From assembly GCA_964106915.2 (NCBI GenBank), contig OZ066926.1: a DNA stretch of 64,000 nucleotides. One strand, 5' to 3'. The DNA is from Podarcis gaigeae. Lineage: Eukaryota. Position numbers and translations under genes: made by a program. The notes under the pieces were generated by a model. That model did no database searches and had not been told where the DNA came from. It worked only from the letters and a program-made list of their open reading frames with translations. Positions 33,411-45,164 of this stretch are shown piece by piece; position 1 is the first letter of the stretch; each line of letters starts with the position of its first letter.

Positions 33411-35596
33411 TAGTAAAAAGCTTTTCTCCCTCTCCCATGACACAAGAACTCCAGTGGGCATCCCGTGAAGCTGAACGTTGGAAGACAAAAGGAAGAACTT
33501 CTTCACACCGTGCATAGTTTATATATGGAATTCACTCCTGCAAGAGGTAGTGGTGGATGTCTTTAAAAAAGGATTAGACCAGTTAATGGCGATGAAGGCT
33601 ACCAATAGCTGCTAGCCATGATGGCTGTGCTCTCTCCCCAGAAGCAGTGTGCCTCTGAATACCAAGTGGGGAGAGCGCTGCTTGTGGGCTTTGTGTGGGC
33701 ATCTGGTGGGCCACCATGGGAATGGGGTTCTCAATGGGTCTTTGGCCTGATCCTGCAGACTTTTCTCACGTTCTTACATATAATGTAACACATCAAGTGG
33801 TTAGCGAAGTTTGACCTCTAGGATGTGAGCTAAAACAGGCAGTTCCTGACTGGAAACAAAATTCTTTTGGCGTTCACCTAAGTAAATAATTTGAAATTCC
33901 CATTGTAGGGCAAAATCTGTTCAGGGATGTGCACTGCTGTTATGCTTGGGGAGCTTGTTCAGCTCCCGTGCACACTTTCGAAAACTGCTGTCTTTCCCTT
34001 GGAGAAAAACTGTTCAAACTTGCATGGGGATTTCCAAAGAGGATGTGGGCTTTATCTCTGGAGAGCAAAATGATTTTGCAGATGCCAAAAGCTTCTGTTT
34101 GTTTAGACTTATCTAAACTATAAAGAACCTTGTGGATAATAAAGGAATTTTTAATCAAAGCCTGAGAGCTTTTTTTTGTTACTTTGGGGGATCCTTCTGG
34201 AAACCATAAGCTTACCTCCAGAAAGTTAATAAATAGACGGCCACAAGCATAACAGCATTAAGAAGCTTCTGGTGTTTATTTCCTGAGCCATTCCTTGTGC
34301 TGTTTGCAAGACCCTGGGTGAGATTCGGTGTTGTGTCAGTGGGTGTGACGGGAGCTCCCGGCCCCCCGCAGCTTTCCATGCTTTCCAGCATGCAGAGTCC
34401 CCCCCAAAGGTCCAGAGCAGATTTGGGGCTGCAGTGCAGGCTGCAGAGAGGAGGGGAGGAAGGAGAAGTCTCTGCAAGTGAAAGTCTGTTGCAATGCCGC
34501 TGAAATAGTGTTAGGAAGAGTATAAGGGAAACTGGTCACGGTTTTTCATTATGTGCAACAGTGTGAAAATTTTGATAAGGTTGTGACACTGTGGTGCACA
34601 TATGTTAGAAAGTCTAAATAATGTAAATAGAAATGTGAAATCAGGAACTTTCCCATTTTTTATTTTGAAAATATGCCTAAACTGCTGTGCTGCCCTCACT
34701 ATTTTCAGTGTTTTGACTTGGTCAGATGTGCTGGTTTGTTTGTGTAGGGGAAAGTGGGTGATCTTTATCTCTCTGCTACCAACACTGCTCCATTGACAGA
34801 AATAGTTTATAGGGGATGTGAGTAATCTGAAGGTCATGAAAGTTCTCTGTGCTCATGTCTAGGCTAAAAGGCTTGATTATGGGATGGGGGGGGACTTGTC
34901 CCCCCCCCCCGGTACGTAAAGGAGAGCTGTGAGCAGTCAGAAGGTGAAGAATGTGAGTTACTTCCCTGGAAAGTGTATCCTGGTACCATCACCACTGCAA
35001 TATAATTGTACTAAGAGAAGCTTTAGTGATACTGGAGACCAACAGAAGGGAACTGAGTGCTAAACCCCTTATCTGAAGCCCCAAACAAGATCAAGTGCAA
35101 GTATTCAGCCAGAATATTTATAAATTGACTCAGCAAGTGCTCCATTTCCCCCTGTACAGAGTAATCTGTGACTGAGTCGGAATGAGACAGCAAGTAACCT
35201 TTTCACCTTCTGATTTTATAAATTGGCTAGAAATCCAAACTTACAACTTTTATGAGATAGTTGTTAACAAGTCTGGACTGGACAGTCTCATTGTATGAGT
35301 GGACAAGAGAGTCTGAGCCTGTGTTAGATCACCAGCTGGGATGTGGACTGGAGTGAAAAGCTCTCTTCCAGTGGTTCCACTCCTATCTATCAAGTGCCTT
35401 GGTATTTATACTATGGTGCTCTCACATGATCTGCTGTGTCCAAAAATATGTTTAAACATCCTAATGAAGTCGTTGGGAGAAGTGTCTAGAGATCTGGGGT
35501 ATGATATCTTTGCTGCACAGATGACAACCCCATCAGTAGCATCCAGACCCAGAGAAGGAATTATGGGACCCCAGTTTTCCATGATTTAGTAACATA

Positions 35597-35795
35597 TAGT
35601 CATACCTTGGGATGAATACGCTTCAGCTTAAATATTTTCGGGTTGCGCCCGTGGTGACCCGGAAGTAACGGAGCACGTTACTTCTGGGTTTCGCCGCTTG
35701 CGCATGAGCAGACGCTCAAAATGACGTCACGTGCATGCGCGGAAGCGGCGAAACGCGACACGCGCTGTCGCGTCTTGCATCCCGAGGTACCACTG
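35597..35795. mobile_element. MITE family B
   Basis: TA-TAGTCATACCTTGGGAT...ATCCCGAGGTACCACTG-TA; lies within decayed L2 remnants (~35400-36250). Confidence 0.88.
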
Positions 35796-38700
35796 TACAA
35801 GCTTGATTACTGTAAAGTGTGATGTATGGGGTTGGAGTGCCTTTCAAAATTGTTGTTAGTTTTTTAAAAGAAACGTTAACTTATAGAGAACATAGTAGTC
35901 AAGTTGTTGAAAGGGGATAACAGGCTCATTTTAAACCTATGCTGAAAGAGCTTAATTGGTTTTCTGTTTGTTTTTGTGCACAATTCAAAGTGCTGCTTCT
36001 AACCTTTCATTCCCTAAATGGGGGTGATGAACCTGTGGCCCTCAATATATTGTTGTATTATATAATGCACATCACCCCTGACCATTGGCTGTGTTTGCTT
36101 GCTGTGACTGATGGGAGTTCTCGTCCAACAACATTGGATGGGTCACAGACTCCCCACCCCTCCGCAAATGGTCTAGGGCCAGGTTCCTGAAGAACTGCCT
36201 ACTTCCATGTGTTGTACTACTTGCTTGTTCACAGGCACTGCTGCATTTGAGTTTAAGATACTGGTTAAAAAAAACACAGTTTAAGTCAGGGGAGAGATTG
36301 TGTGTCACTTCTGATGATATGGATGACATTTATTAACATGAGTCCTGCTTTTTCTTTGAAAGCTTATACATTAGTCACCCATCCAAACTGATCTGCGTGT
36401 CCAGCATCAGCCGTGTTACAGCACTGGGTGCTCATCTGCCATCTAATGGGATCAATCAATACATGCTTATAATTATCCCTGATGGACTCTCCCATGTTCA
36501 GAGATGGTGTATCACATAACACTGTTGCCAGAAGCACAGTGAAATTCAATTACCCCAGCAACGAAATACTGCATTTGGAGTACTTGAGGGAAATTCGGGT
36601 TCCCTTTGTCAGTTATTCTCTTCGATAACTTCACCAGATATTTGGATCTCAGTTTGCAATAGCTTAGGAACAATTTCATGTTCGTGCAACAAAATGGCAG
36701 TCTGGAAAAGCCCCTCACCTGTGCATTTGACTTTTGCTGGCCTTGGTCCTTTTATTTCCCTGCTGCCTTTGTTTCATAGCTGCAAACCCTTAAAAGATTG
36801 TAAGGGGGACTGCAGGCCTTGCAAGCAATGAAAATTACAGTCATAAGTTCCCCTAAAAGCTTTACGTGAAACCAAGATTATTATATATGAGAAAGGCTTG
36901 CTCCAGCAAAGTGCTCAAAGGCTTGGGTAGGGTGTCGGAAGAGAGAAACAGTAAGAGAACTTGCCCAGGCAGGCACATTCTTAATCCCCCAAAAGAAGCA
37001 AGTGACCGCAACAGGACACTGGGTGTTGGGATGAAATCAGGCCAAATCTTTGTTAGCTGGAGGATTTGGGGTAGGATCAGTTCGTCATTCCACTCTCCCC
37101 ATACTGGTGGAATGGGATTCAATGAGGCTGCACCGCAGTAAACCCATTCTGAGGGAACTGGCCAGTGTTGACCCCTGTTGTGGTGCAAGCCAAGCTGGCA
37201 AGGTCTCACTGGGAGACTGGGGAGAGGATTCCAGCCAGGCAGAGCCCCAGCCCGAGCTTGGGGCATGCCAGGGCCAATCCTCCCCTCAAGCCCCTTATGG
37301 GAGACCCCCCCTTCACCTACCCAATACCATTTCTGCCAAAGTCCCAGTTGACTGTGCTGTCCTCAGGCTGCCTGAGCCTGCAATAATTAAAATCTCTGTG
37401 TTGGAAGAGTTAATGTTGAAGAAGGAGATACTCCTACAAGGTCCACACGATTCATTTTTGAATCATTACACAGCTTAGGTACGGTAATTCACTACCCCAA
37501 GTTGGGCATTGGGGGGGGGGTGGTAGTTACTATTAACTTCGATGATGTTGTAAAATGATAGCTGTAACAGTTTGATGGAATCTCCCATGTTCAGAGATGG
37601 TGTATCTCTGTGTGAGACTTCCACACCCATAAGTGGCTTAATTGGTGAAACAAAACAGCATATCTCTCATAGCGACAACTGCATTAGAAACTGCTCTGTG
37701 CTGTAGATAGCCCTGGCTCAAAACCTGTTGAAATCAGATGTTTCCCTGTTGATTCTATAACTGCTTGCTGAATCCCCTTCTCTCCGTTTGGTGGGTACTC
37801 AGTGCTGGACTCAATGGACCTTTCATGTGATCCAGCAAGGAAATGTTGGGAAACTTTAAAAAAAAAACTTTTCTGTCTCTCTGGGGCTCTCTGAAACTGG
37901 TTAATTTTAGACTTGTACCATTGGCCTGCCTTCAGAAGGGAGGACACTAAGAAGGGCTTAGTTAATCACAAATAAATCACTGGGATACCGGCCAGCGGTG
38001 AGCTCTCCGTCTTTGGAATGCTTTGGTACCAGGAAGTTTCTATCACCAAAACAATGTATTCTGGGGAAAGGTGGGAAGAAGAGCCTGCACAGCTGCAGTG
38101 CTAAAATCTTAGGCCCCTCTTTTATGTGGAGCAGAAAAGTAAAGCCTTGGAGGCGGCCAAGCTTTTCGCTTATTTCCGTGTAACCCCAGTATGTTTTTGT
38201 TCCGTCTTCTTTCCCACCAAATCTGAAATGGTGCATAGTTTATATCAATGAAAAACAAAGTTAGCAAGCAATGTTTTAAGCACTAATATCTAAGCAATTG
38301 TGCCAAATCATTTGGTTAATCATTAAAAAGGCTAAGTTGTGGTTCTCACATTCGTGTATGTCATTTGATTTACTCAGAATTTGATTACTGTCTGCCAAAC
38401 TCCTGCCATTGGAAAAGCCACACTTGCCAGCTTGCCAAGCAATCCAGATATTTCATCTTTGAAGGGATCATTTGCACACAGTGTTCAAAACTCCCATTGT
38501 TCTAGGCGCATTTTGCGACATGGAATTTCATCAGTGCGAGCAGTTTCTGAGCTCTGGGTGCAGTACTGCGCCTAAGATTACAGATTAAAACTGCAGAGTG
38601 GAAGGAAAGGCCTCACCCCTTCCAGCTACTCTCTGAAGACTGGATAAGAGACCCTCCTAAGAATATTGTGACCATGTGAGAAATGAACATAATACTTTAA

Positions 38701-39121
38701 CTGTAGTTCATTAATTTTCAGCTTTGCATACTTGTTATAAAAAACTGTTGCATCCATAATCTAGGTTTAAGGGGTGCCATTTAGCTCCTAGCTTTCATAT
38801 CTCAGTTTCTAACATGGTTTTGCACAGGCTTGTGTGAATGCGCAGCACTGTAGTCATCAAGTGATATACATACATGTTCTCCACCTGTTCCTCTTTCTTC
38901 CAGTGTTTCTTCCCATGCCCCACTGGTCTCCCATTAGGTTGAATTTTAGATTGTAAGCTCTTTAGGGCAGGGACTTAACCTCTTCTTCATTATGCTATGC
39001 ATAAATTGATGAGACCTGATGATTTATTATTGTTTGAAGCAGCCCTTTGCTTGCAACATTGAAACTGGAAACTTTTCCTTAGGATTTTGTTTGGTTTTAT
39101 ATATTTTATATTTTATATATT

Positions 39122-39946
39122 TGTCAGAGCTGCCCGAGGTCCCAGCTCACAAAGGACCAATGCCAGTTCGTTGTTATATACAAAAGTCTTTATTGAAGTT
39201 CAGTTTCGATTTAAAAGCCGCGGCGCGTAGCTCTACGTCTTAAACTCTAGACCGCTGAAGCTCCATCTGAATCTCCTCCCCCCAGACACCAGTTTAAGAC
39301 TCTAGCCCTGCTCCACCTCTTCCTTTGCTCTTTCCTCCTCTGGGCCCGCCTGTCCGCTGGGGTCTCACTCTTTCTAGACTCTTCTGACGCTGAGTCCCCT
39401 GAGTCTTCCCCCTCCCTCCGGCGGGCTTTAGGACCTGGTTCCCAATCCGGGTTTCCTGCTGTGCCGCTCGCCTGTACAGTCGAACTTGGCGCGCGCGCCC
39501 AGCCGGCAACCTTCCTCCTGACCGTTACACTGCTCCTGTCACTGCTTCCCCCTTTGGAGAGGCTAGCTGGACCTGACTTCCCCTCCGTTCCCTCACTCTG
39601 TGATAGAGGCGTGGCCAGCCCTGATTCAGCTTCTCTCCCTGCTGGAGGAGAAGCTGGCCCTGATACATGGGACTCTTCCCCCCCACTACGCTCTGGTGTA
39701 GGAGCTGGTCCTGATCTCCCGCTGCTGCTTTGGGAGTCCCCGCTGGCCCCTTGCTTCTGGTGTGTCCCCCCTGGGACCCCCCTTGCCCTGGCCATAGGCG
39801 CCCCCCTCTGGGAATCTTCTGATTCGCTGGAGAGGCTCATGGAATCTCTCGGGCCACTTTCATACTCCCCTACGCTGCCCTCCGATTCTTCCCCTTCGCT
39901 CTCCATTTCCTCTCTCCCCTGTGCCTCTGCTCCTGAGCCCCTGACA
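39122..39946 (-). mobile_element. Solo LTR (825 bp), probably Gypsy- or BEL-type
   Basis: Ends TGTCAG...CTGACA; 5-bp TSD atatt (39117-39121 / 39947-39951); AATAAA on the minus strand ~65 bp from the 3' end; sharp GC shift relative to flanks. Confidence 0.85.
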
Positions 39947-39951
39947 ATATT

Positions 39952-40365
39952 TTATATATTTACTTAAATTGTATGCCACCCTATACCCATAGATCTCAGG
40001 GCAGTTCACAACATAAACTCACAAAATAAAAAAAACAGAAAACACATAATAAAAATAGAAAACAAAGACGACCCAATAACCTCCCCCTCCACAACACATT
40101 TTAAAAGGACATTGGATGTCAAGCAACCAAAGACCTGGTTAAAAGGGAATGTTTTTGCCTGGTGCCTAAAGGTGTATAATGAAGATGCCAGCCAAACCTC
40201 CCTGGGGAGAGCATTCCACAAATGGGGAGCCACCGCAGAAAAGATCCTTTCTAGTGTTGCCATCCTCTGGAACTCTTGTGGAGGAGGCACATGAAGAAGG
40301 GCCTTGGAGGATGATCTCAGGGTCCAGGTAGGTTAATATGGAAAGAGGTGGTCCTTGAGGTACTG
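39952..40365 (-). mobile_element. L2-clade LINE 3' fragment
   Basis: Minus frame RIFSAVAPHLWNALPREV plus 3' UTR; related copy on + at ~43080-43400. Confidence 0.8.
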
Positions 40366-40494
40366 CGGAAGTTATACCCTGCCTTTTCCCATGACAAGGG
40401 ACTCAAGGAAACTTGCAGATAAAAATAAAAACAGCTAAAAGCATTGGGGGGCGGGGCGGTGATCAATAATAAAAAAGCATTGATAGAGTTAAAA

Positions 40495-40495
<1 letters not shown>

Positions 40496-40535
<40 letters not shown>

Positions 40536-40551
40536 CTCTCTCTCTCTCTCT
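40496..40551. repeat. (CA)n(CT)n microsatellite
   Basis: Directly visible. Confidence 0.95.
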
Positions 40552-41747
40552 ATTAGAAACATGTTGGAGAGCAAACTTCTCTTGTGTAAAGTGCCCTGAC
40601 TGGGTGTGTGTGTGTGTGTGTAGGAATGGGAGTATGTGATGGTGTGCTGGGCTCCTTCAGCACCAGCACAAGCCAGAGATTGGGGGGGGGGGGGGCTCAG
40701 CAGAGGCTAGGAGCCTCCTGAGAGGGAGGAGAAAGACTGAGACTGAGGGGCTACAAGGTTTTATTGGGGTTTCCTTGCTTGGAAGTTGCTGTCTGGTGCA
40801 GGGCCTTGCCTCATCCCCACCCTGCCTCCCGTAGCCTCATCCCCCATTACTCTCCTCTCCTCTTTCTGAGCCTGGCAAAGCTTATTGCATAGTACGCAAG
40901 AAGACTGGACCTAGGATGGGATGAAATGCATTATTGGCTGGTAACAGGGACTATCCACCAGTGTCCTCCTTTACATCTTAATTATATAAATTAGTCACTG
41001 TGCAAGATGGCTGTTTGGCCATTCGATGGGTCTTCTCACCCTCCTAAAAGGGGGGGGGTCTATATGTTGAATTATTTTTTTCCTGGAGGGGAGTTCCAGG
41101 GTGGGGCGAAGTGTGCAGGCAGGAGATGGAGATCCGGTCTCTGTTCTACCAAATGGACCTCAAGGGCAGCAACAAGCAGCGCTGAGTGAGAGGTGATGAA
41201 TTTATGAACAGGGATGGGGCAGGGAGAGGGCATGGATTGGGGAAGGCACCACCGTCCTTGCAAATAGCAAGCATTTGCCCCTTTGCATGTTAAAATAGCA
41301 AGCATTTGCCCCTTTGCATTTGCCCCTTTGCATGTTGTGCATCCCACCTGATTTGGTAATGGGGTGGGGATGTGAACAAGAAAAAGTGGCTGCCCCTGCC
41401 ATGCCCAGTTTGGCCCTCAGTTGGAACTATTCTGGACAACATCCCTCCTGACTTTCTGACAGATCTTGAATAGTAGCAGTCATAAGAAGCGAGGGGGGGT
41501 GGCAGTGGTAAGATCTTGCACAGAGCACTTATTGCAGGTTTCTGTCACCTGCTTCAGTTTACCTCATGAGTGGACCAGCCCTGCCCATAGAATCAGATGA
41601 AGCTGGTGGGAGTGTTTATTAGTCATGTTTCCTCTCTGCCAATATCAAGCTACATGGAAAGAGTGTTATTGGAGGCTATATTGCTTAAAGGTTTCATTTA
41701 TGAAGTGCAAGTTAAAGCTCACTGGCACTGAAAAAGATATCCAGAGA

Positions 41748-42181
41748 TAAGGATTGGGGGGGGGGGAGAGAGAGATTCGAATCAGTTTGCATTTATAGCT
41801 GAATTTATCAAATTCACACTTTCTGAAACAATATGAGAATCAAAACACAGCCATCATTCAAAATTCACACATCTGAATTTTTAAGCGTAGTTCTCCATTC
41901 AAACAGCATTTACAAAACTGCATATATTAAAGGAAATTTTGCTTTAAAATGAATATAGCAGTGAAAATATACAGAAATGCATCATATTAGGAGAAGGTCC
42001 TTGCAAAAATGCATACACTAGTCAAAATTGTGTTTATTAGGAGAAATTCACATTAAAAAAATTGATAAATATTTTTGGGCGGAGAAATGCACAAATTGCT
42101 GCAGAAATGTGGGGAACTGAATTTAAGATTCAAAAAATGTGAAACAGAGAGAACCAAAATTGCGAGATCTTTCCATCTCTA
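41748..42181. mobile_element. AT-rich non-autonomous DNA element remnant
   Basis: Decayed termini taaggattgg / ccatctcta around an AT-rich core with repeated gcatatattag-like motifs. Confidence 0.45.
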
Positions 42182-43759
42182 TCCAGAAATGTTTTAAATA
42201 TTCTGGCATTTTCTGCCTCAGGTTTCCCTACGGTCTCTTTAGATTTGTATTCCTATGATTTAGAACAGAGTTTTCCTCTACGACGATGTGGCACAGAAGG
42301 AATGTGACCCTATAGTTAATGTTTACACAGTTGGGGTTTCTATGGTTCCTAAGAGGATGTGACACATTATGAGACAAACTCAGGAAGTAGGATGGTGGTG
42401 CTTTGGGTGGCTCCTTGGTGTGCGAGAAGCTTTATGGCTCCCCTTTGCTTGCGCTGGTTCTGGCCTACGGATCCTCCCTCCTCTCCCTCCCATTTATGTT
42501 AGCAAGGGTTGGGAACTAAAGTGTCACTGCAGTGTTTACTGATGTTGGCGGGTTTTGTCTCTCAAAAGAAACCCAACACCAGCCTATGTACACACAAGTC
42601 CTCTTCCTGCCAGGGAGGGGCTAATTGCCATGCCAACCCCTGTGCAAATAGATCATGGCGATAACAGAGTCAAAAGCAGTTCGGTCATTGCAAGATCCTG
42701 AGAGGATGCTCTGTTTGTTTCCTGAGCCTTGCCCTCAGCACTCTAGACCTGCATGGTTCAGGCAGCAGTCTGGGAATCCAGTATTGTCTATTGCGACTGA
42801 TACCTTCTGTCTTCAGAGTTACACACAGAGAGGTCTTTCATGTCACCTGCCGCATGATCCTTTTTAAGTAGGAGGGACTGGAAATGGGACTGAGTGGAAA
42901 GTCGGTGCTGTGCCCCTCAGTTGCAGTTACTCCCCTGGGGCTTTGCAGCTGTGGAACACACAAGGAAATCAAAAGCATTAATATACAGTATATCAGATGT
43001 TTCACAACTTTTGGAAATGTTCTCATATGTGAAAGCTATGGGACAAAAGTTACTGTTACAACTCAATAGAATTTTCTCCATGAGGTCTGGCGGGTGGCAA
43101 CACAAGAGCAGGCCTTTTCTGTGGTGGCTCCCCATTTGTGGAATGCTCTCCCCAGGGAGACTCTCCTGGCACCTTCATTACATTAACCTGTAGACGCCAG
43201 GGGAAAAGGTTCCCCTATAACCAGGCCATGGGCTGATTAAAGAACCTCTGTGTTTGTTGAAGAGGGCTATTGGGTTGTTGTTGTTCTAACTATGATATGT
43301 ATTTTGTGTTTGCTTTTTGCATTTTTATGCTGCAAACCATCCTGTGATCTTCGGATGAAGGGTGGTGTATAAATGCAATACATTAATAATAAATAATAAT
43401 AATTTTGGGAAAGTAATCCACTCAAAGAGGTCCTAGACTGGCAGTAAATGGGGGATGGAATTCAAAGGGAATTGTTCATCTGTGTGGGAGTCTTCCTGTT
43501 TCCAGGGTTTGCATGCTTTCGTTTTGTCCTCTCTCTTCCAAAGGACACGGCACCTTGGATTGGTAGTGGTGGATAAACTTGTTGTTTGGGTACATTTATC
43601 CATTATTTTCTCTTTGAAGAAACCCTGGAAAGTGTCTGAGGAACCCCAAGGTTTGCTATGACACAGTTTGAAAAGCAGGGTAGTTAATATTGTTTTTCTG
43701 TGTAGAATCTACACTTTTTCCTATTGCCTAACACTGTGATTTTTATTTATTTATTTCAG

Positions 43760-43957
43760 AACTCTGAATCCCTCGATATTTATATCCAGAATACACTTTC
43801 TTCTCTCTATCCACCTTTTGAGGCCACAGCTGCTACTGTTCTGTGGCAGCTTTTCAGCATTGTTGAAAAGTTTTATCACGGAGATGGTCTCAGATGTCTA
43901 ATTGATTTTCTTGTTCCTGCCAAGAGAGTCTTACAGTGTATCCAACGGGAAACCTGT
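43760..43957 (+). CDS. PLEKHG4B: PLEKHG4B-like exon, conserved N-terminal block ([33 protein letters not shown]...RETC)
   Basis: Acceptor ttatttcag| and donor TGT|GTAAGT, 198 nt, phase 0-0. [13 protein letters not shown] and DFLVPAKR motifs are typical of the PLEKHG4/PLEKHG4B/ARHGEF40/KIAA1755 family; TVLWQLFS best fits PLEKHG4B as I recall it. Confidence 0.93.
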
Positions 43958-44644
43958 GTAAGTATATTTGTATCTACTCTGGCAAAACAGAGACTCTTTG
44001 TTCATTATCCAAGCATGAGGAGGGCGGAATAAGATGCTGTTTAATCTTTTAACTGCTAAGCAAATGAAACCCTAGATAACCATGGGAAAGTTCATTCTAG
44101 TAAGACACTGGAAAGCGAAGCATCACGTTTTGTATTTGATTGGAATATAATTCCATGAATTTGTGCTGTAGTACATTTCAGGAGAATGGTAGGAGGGTTT
44201 TTTATATTTCACTACAGAATTTATATTGTTGGGCCAATAAATGATAAGAGGGTAAGAAAAATGATTTATGATTGTAATTTGTGTGTGTGCTTTCTTTTCA
44301 TGGGCATCAGAATTTGAGTAAATCATTGCATGTCTAGCATGAACTTGGTTAGACTTCTTTAAATGGCCAGTATTGATAGCTTTATGTTCCATGAATTTGT
44401 CTAATCATCTTTTAGTGGCCATCACTGCCTCTCCTGGGAGCAAATTCAGTAAGTTTAACAATGCACTGTGTGAATGTTATTTCTCTTCTCTGTCCTGAAT
44501 CTTCAAACATTCATCTGCATCAAATGTCCTAGTATTATAAGAGAAGGAGAAAAACCTTTCTCTATTCACTTTCCACCACACCAGGCTTAATTTTTTATGC
44601 TCTATCATGTCTCCTTTTACTTGCTTTGTGACCAGAACCATATA

Positions 44645-45164
44645 CAGTCATAAAGGTAAAGGTAAAGGTACCCCTGCCCGAATGGGCCAGTCGTGTCCGA
44701 CTGTAGGGTTGTGCGCCCATCTCACTTAAGAGGCCGGGGGCCAGCGCTGTCCGGAGACACTTCCAGGTCATGTGGCCAGCGTGACAAAGCTGCTCTGGCG
44801 AGCCAGCACTAGCGCAGCACACGGAAACGCCGTTTACCTTCCCGCTATAAAGCAGTACCTATTTATCTACTTGCACTTAGGTGTGCTTTCGAACTGCTAG
44901 GTGGGCAGGAGCTGGGACCAAACGACGGGAGCTCGCCCCGCCGCGGGGATTCGAACCGCCGACCATACGATCAGCAAGTCCTAGGCACTGAGGTTTTACC
45001 CACAGCGCCACCCGCGTCAGTCATACCTTGGGTTAAATACGCTTCAGGTTGAGCGCGTTCAGGTTGCACTCCGCAGCGACCCGGAAGTAACGGAGTGTGT
45101 TACTTCTGGGTTTCTCTGCTCGTGCATGCGCAGACGGTCCCGTTCACATCCTGAGGTACCACTG
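44645..45164. mobile_element. MITE family B split by a Sauria SINE
   Basis: TA-CAGTCATA[SINE]CAGTCATACCTTGGGTT...GAGGTACCACTG-TA. Confidence 0.88.
44653..45017 (-). mobile_element. Sauria SINE, near full-length
   Basis: tRNA-like head with B box GGTTCGAATCC, (ACCTTT)n tail, 8-bp TSD cagtcata. Confidence 0.95.

Noticed and set aside
39461-39967. 168-aa plus-strand ORF
   Set aside because: Antisense shadow in the GC-rich LTR, non-ATG start, runs out into flanking DNA.
41263-41336. Short tandem duplications (also 54703-54741)
   Set aside because: Ordinary slippage duplications with no further structure.
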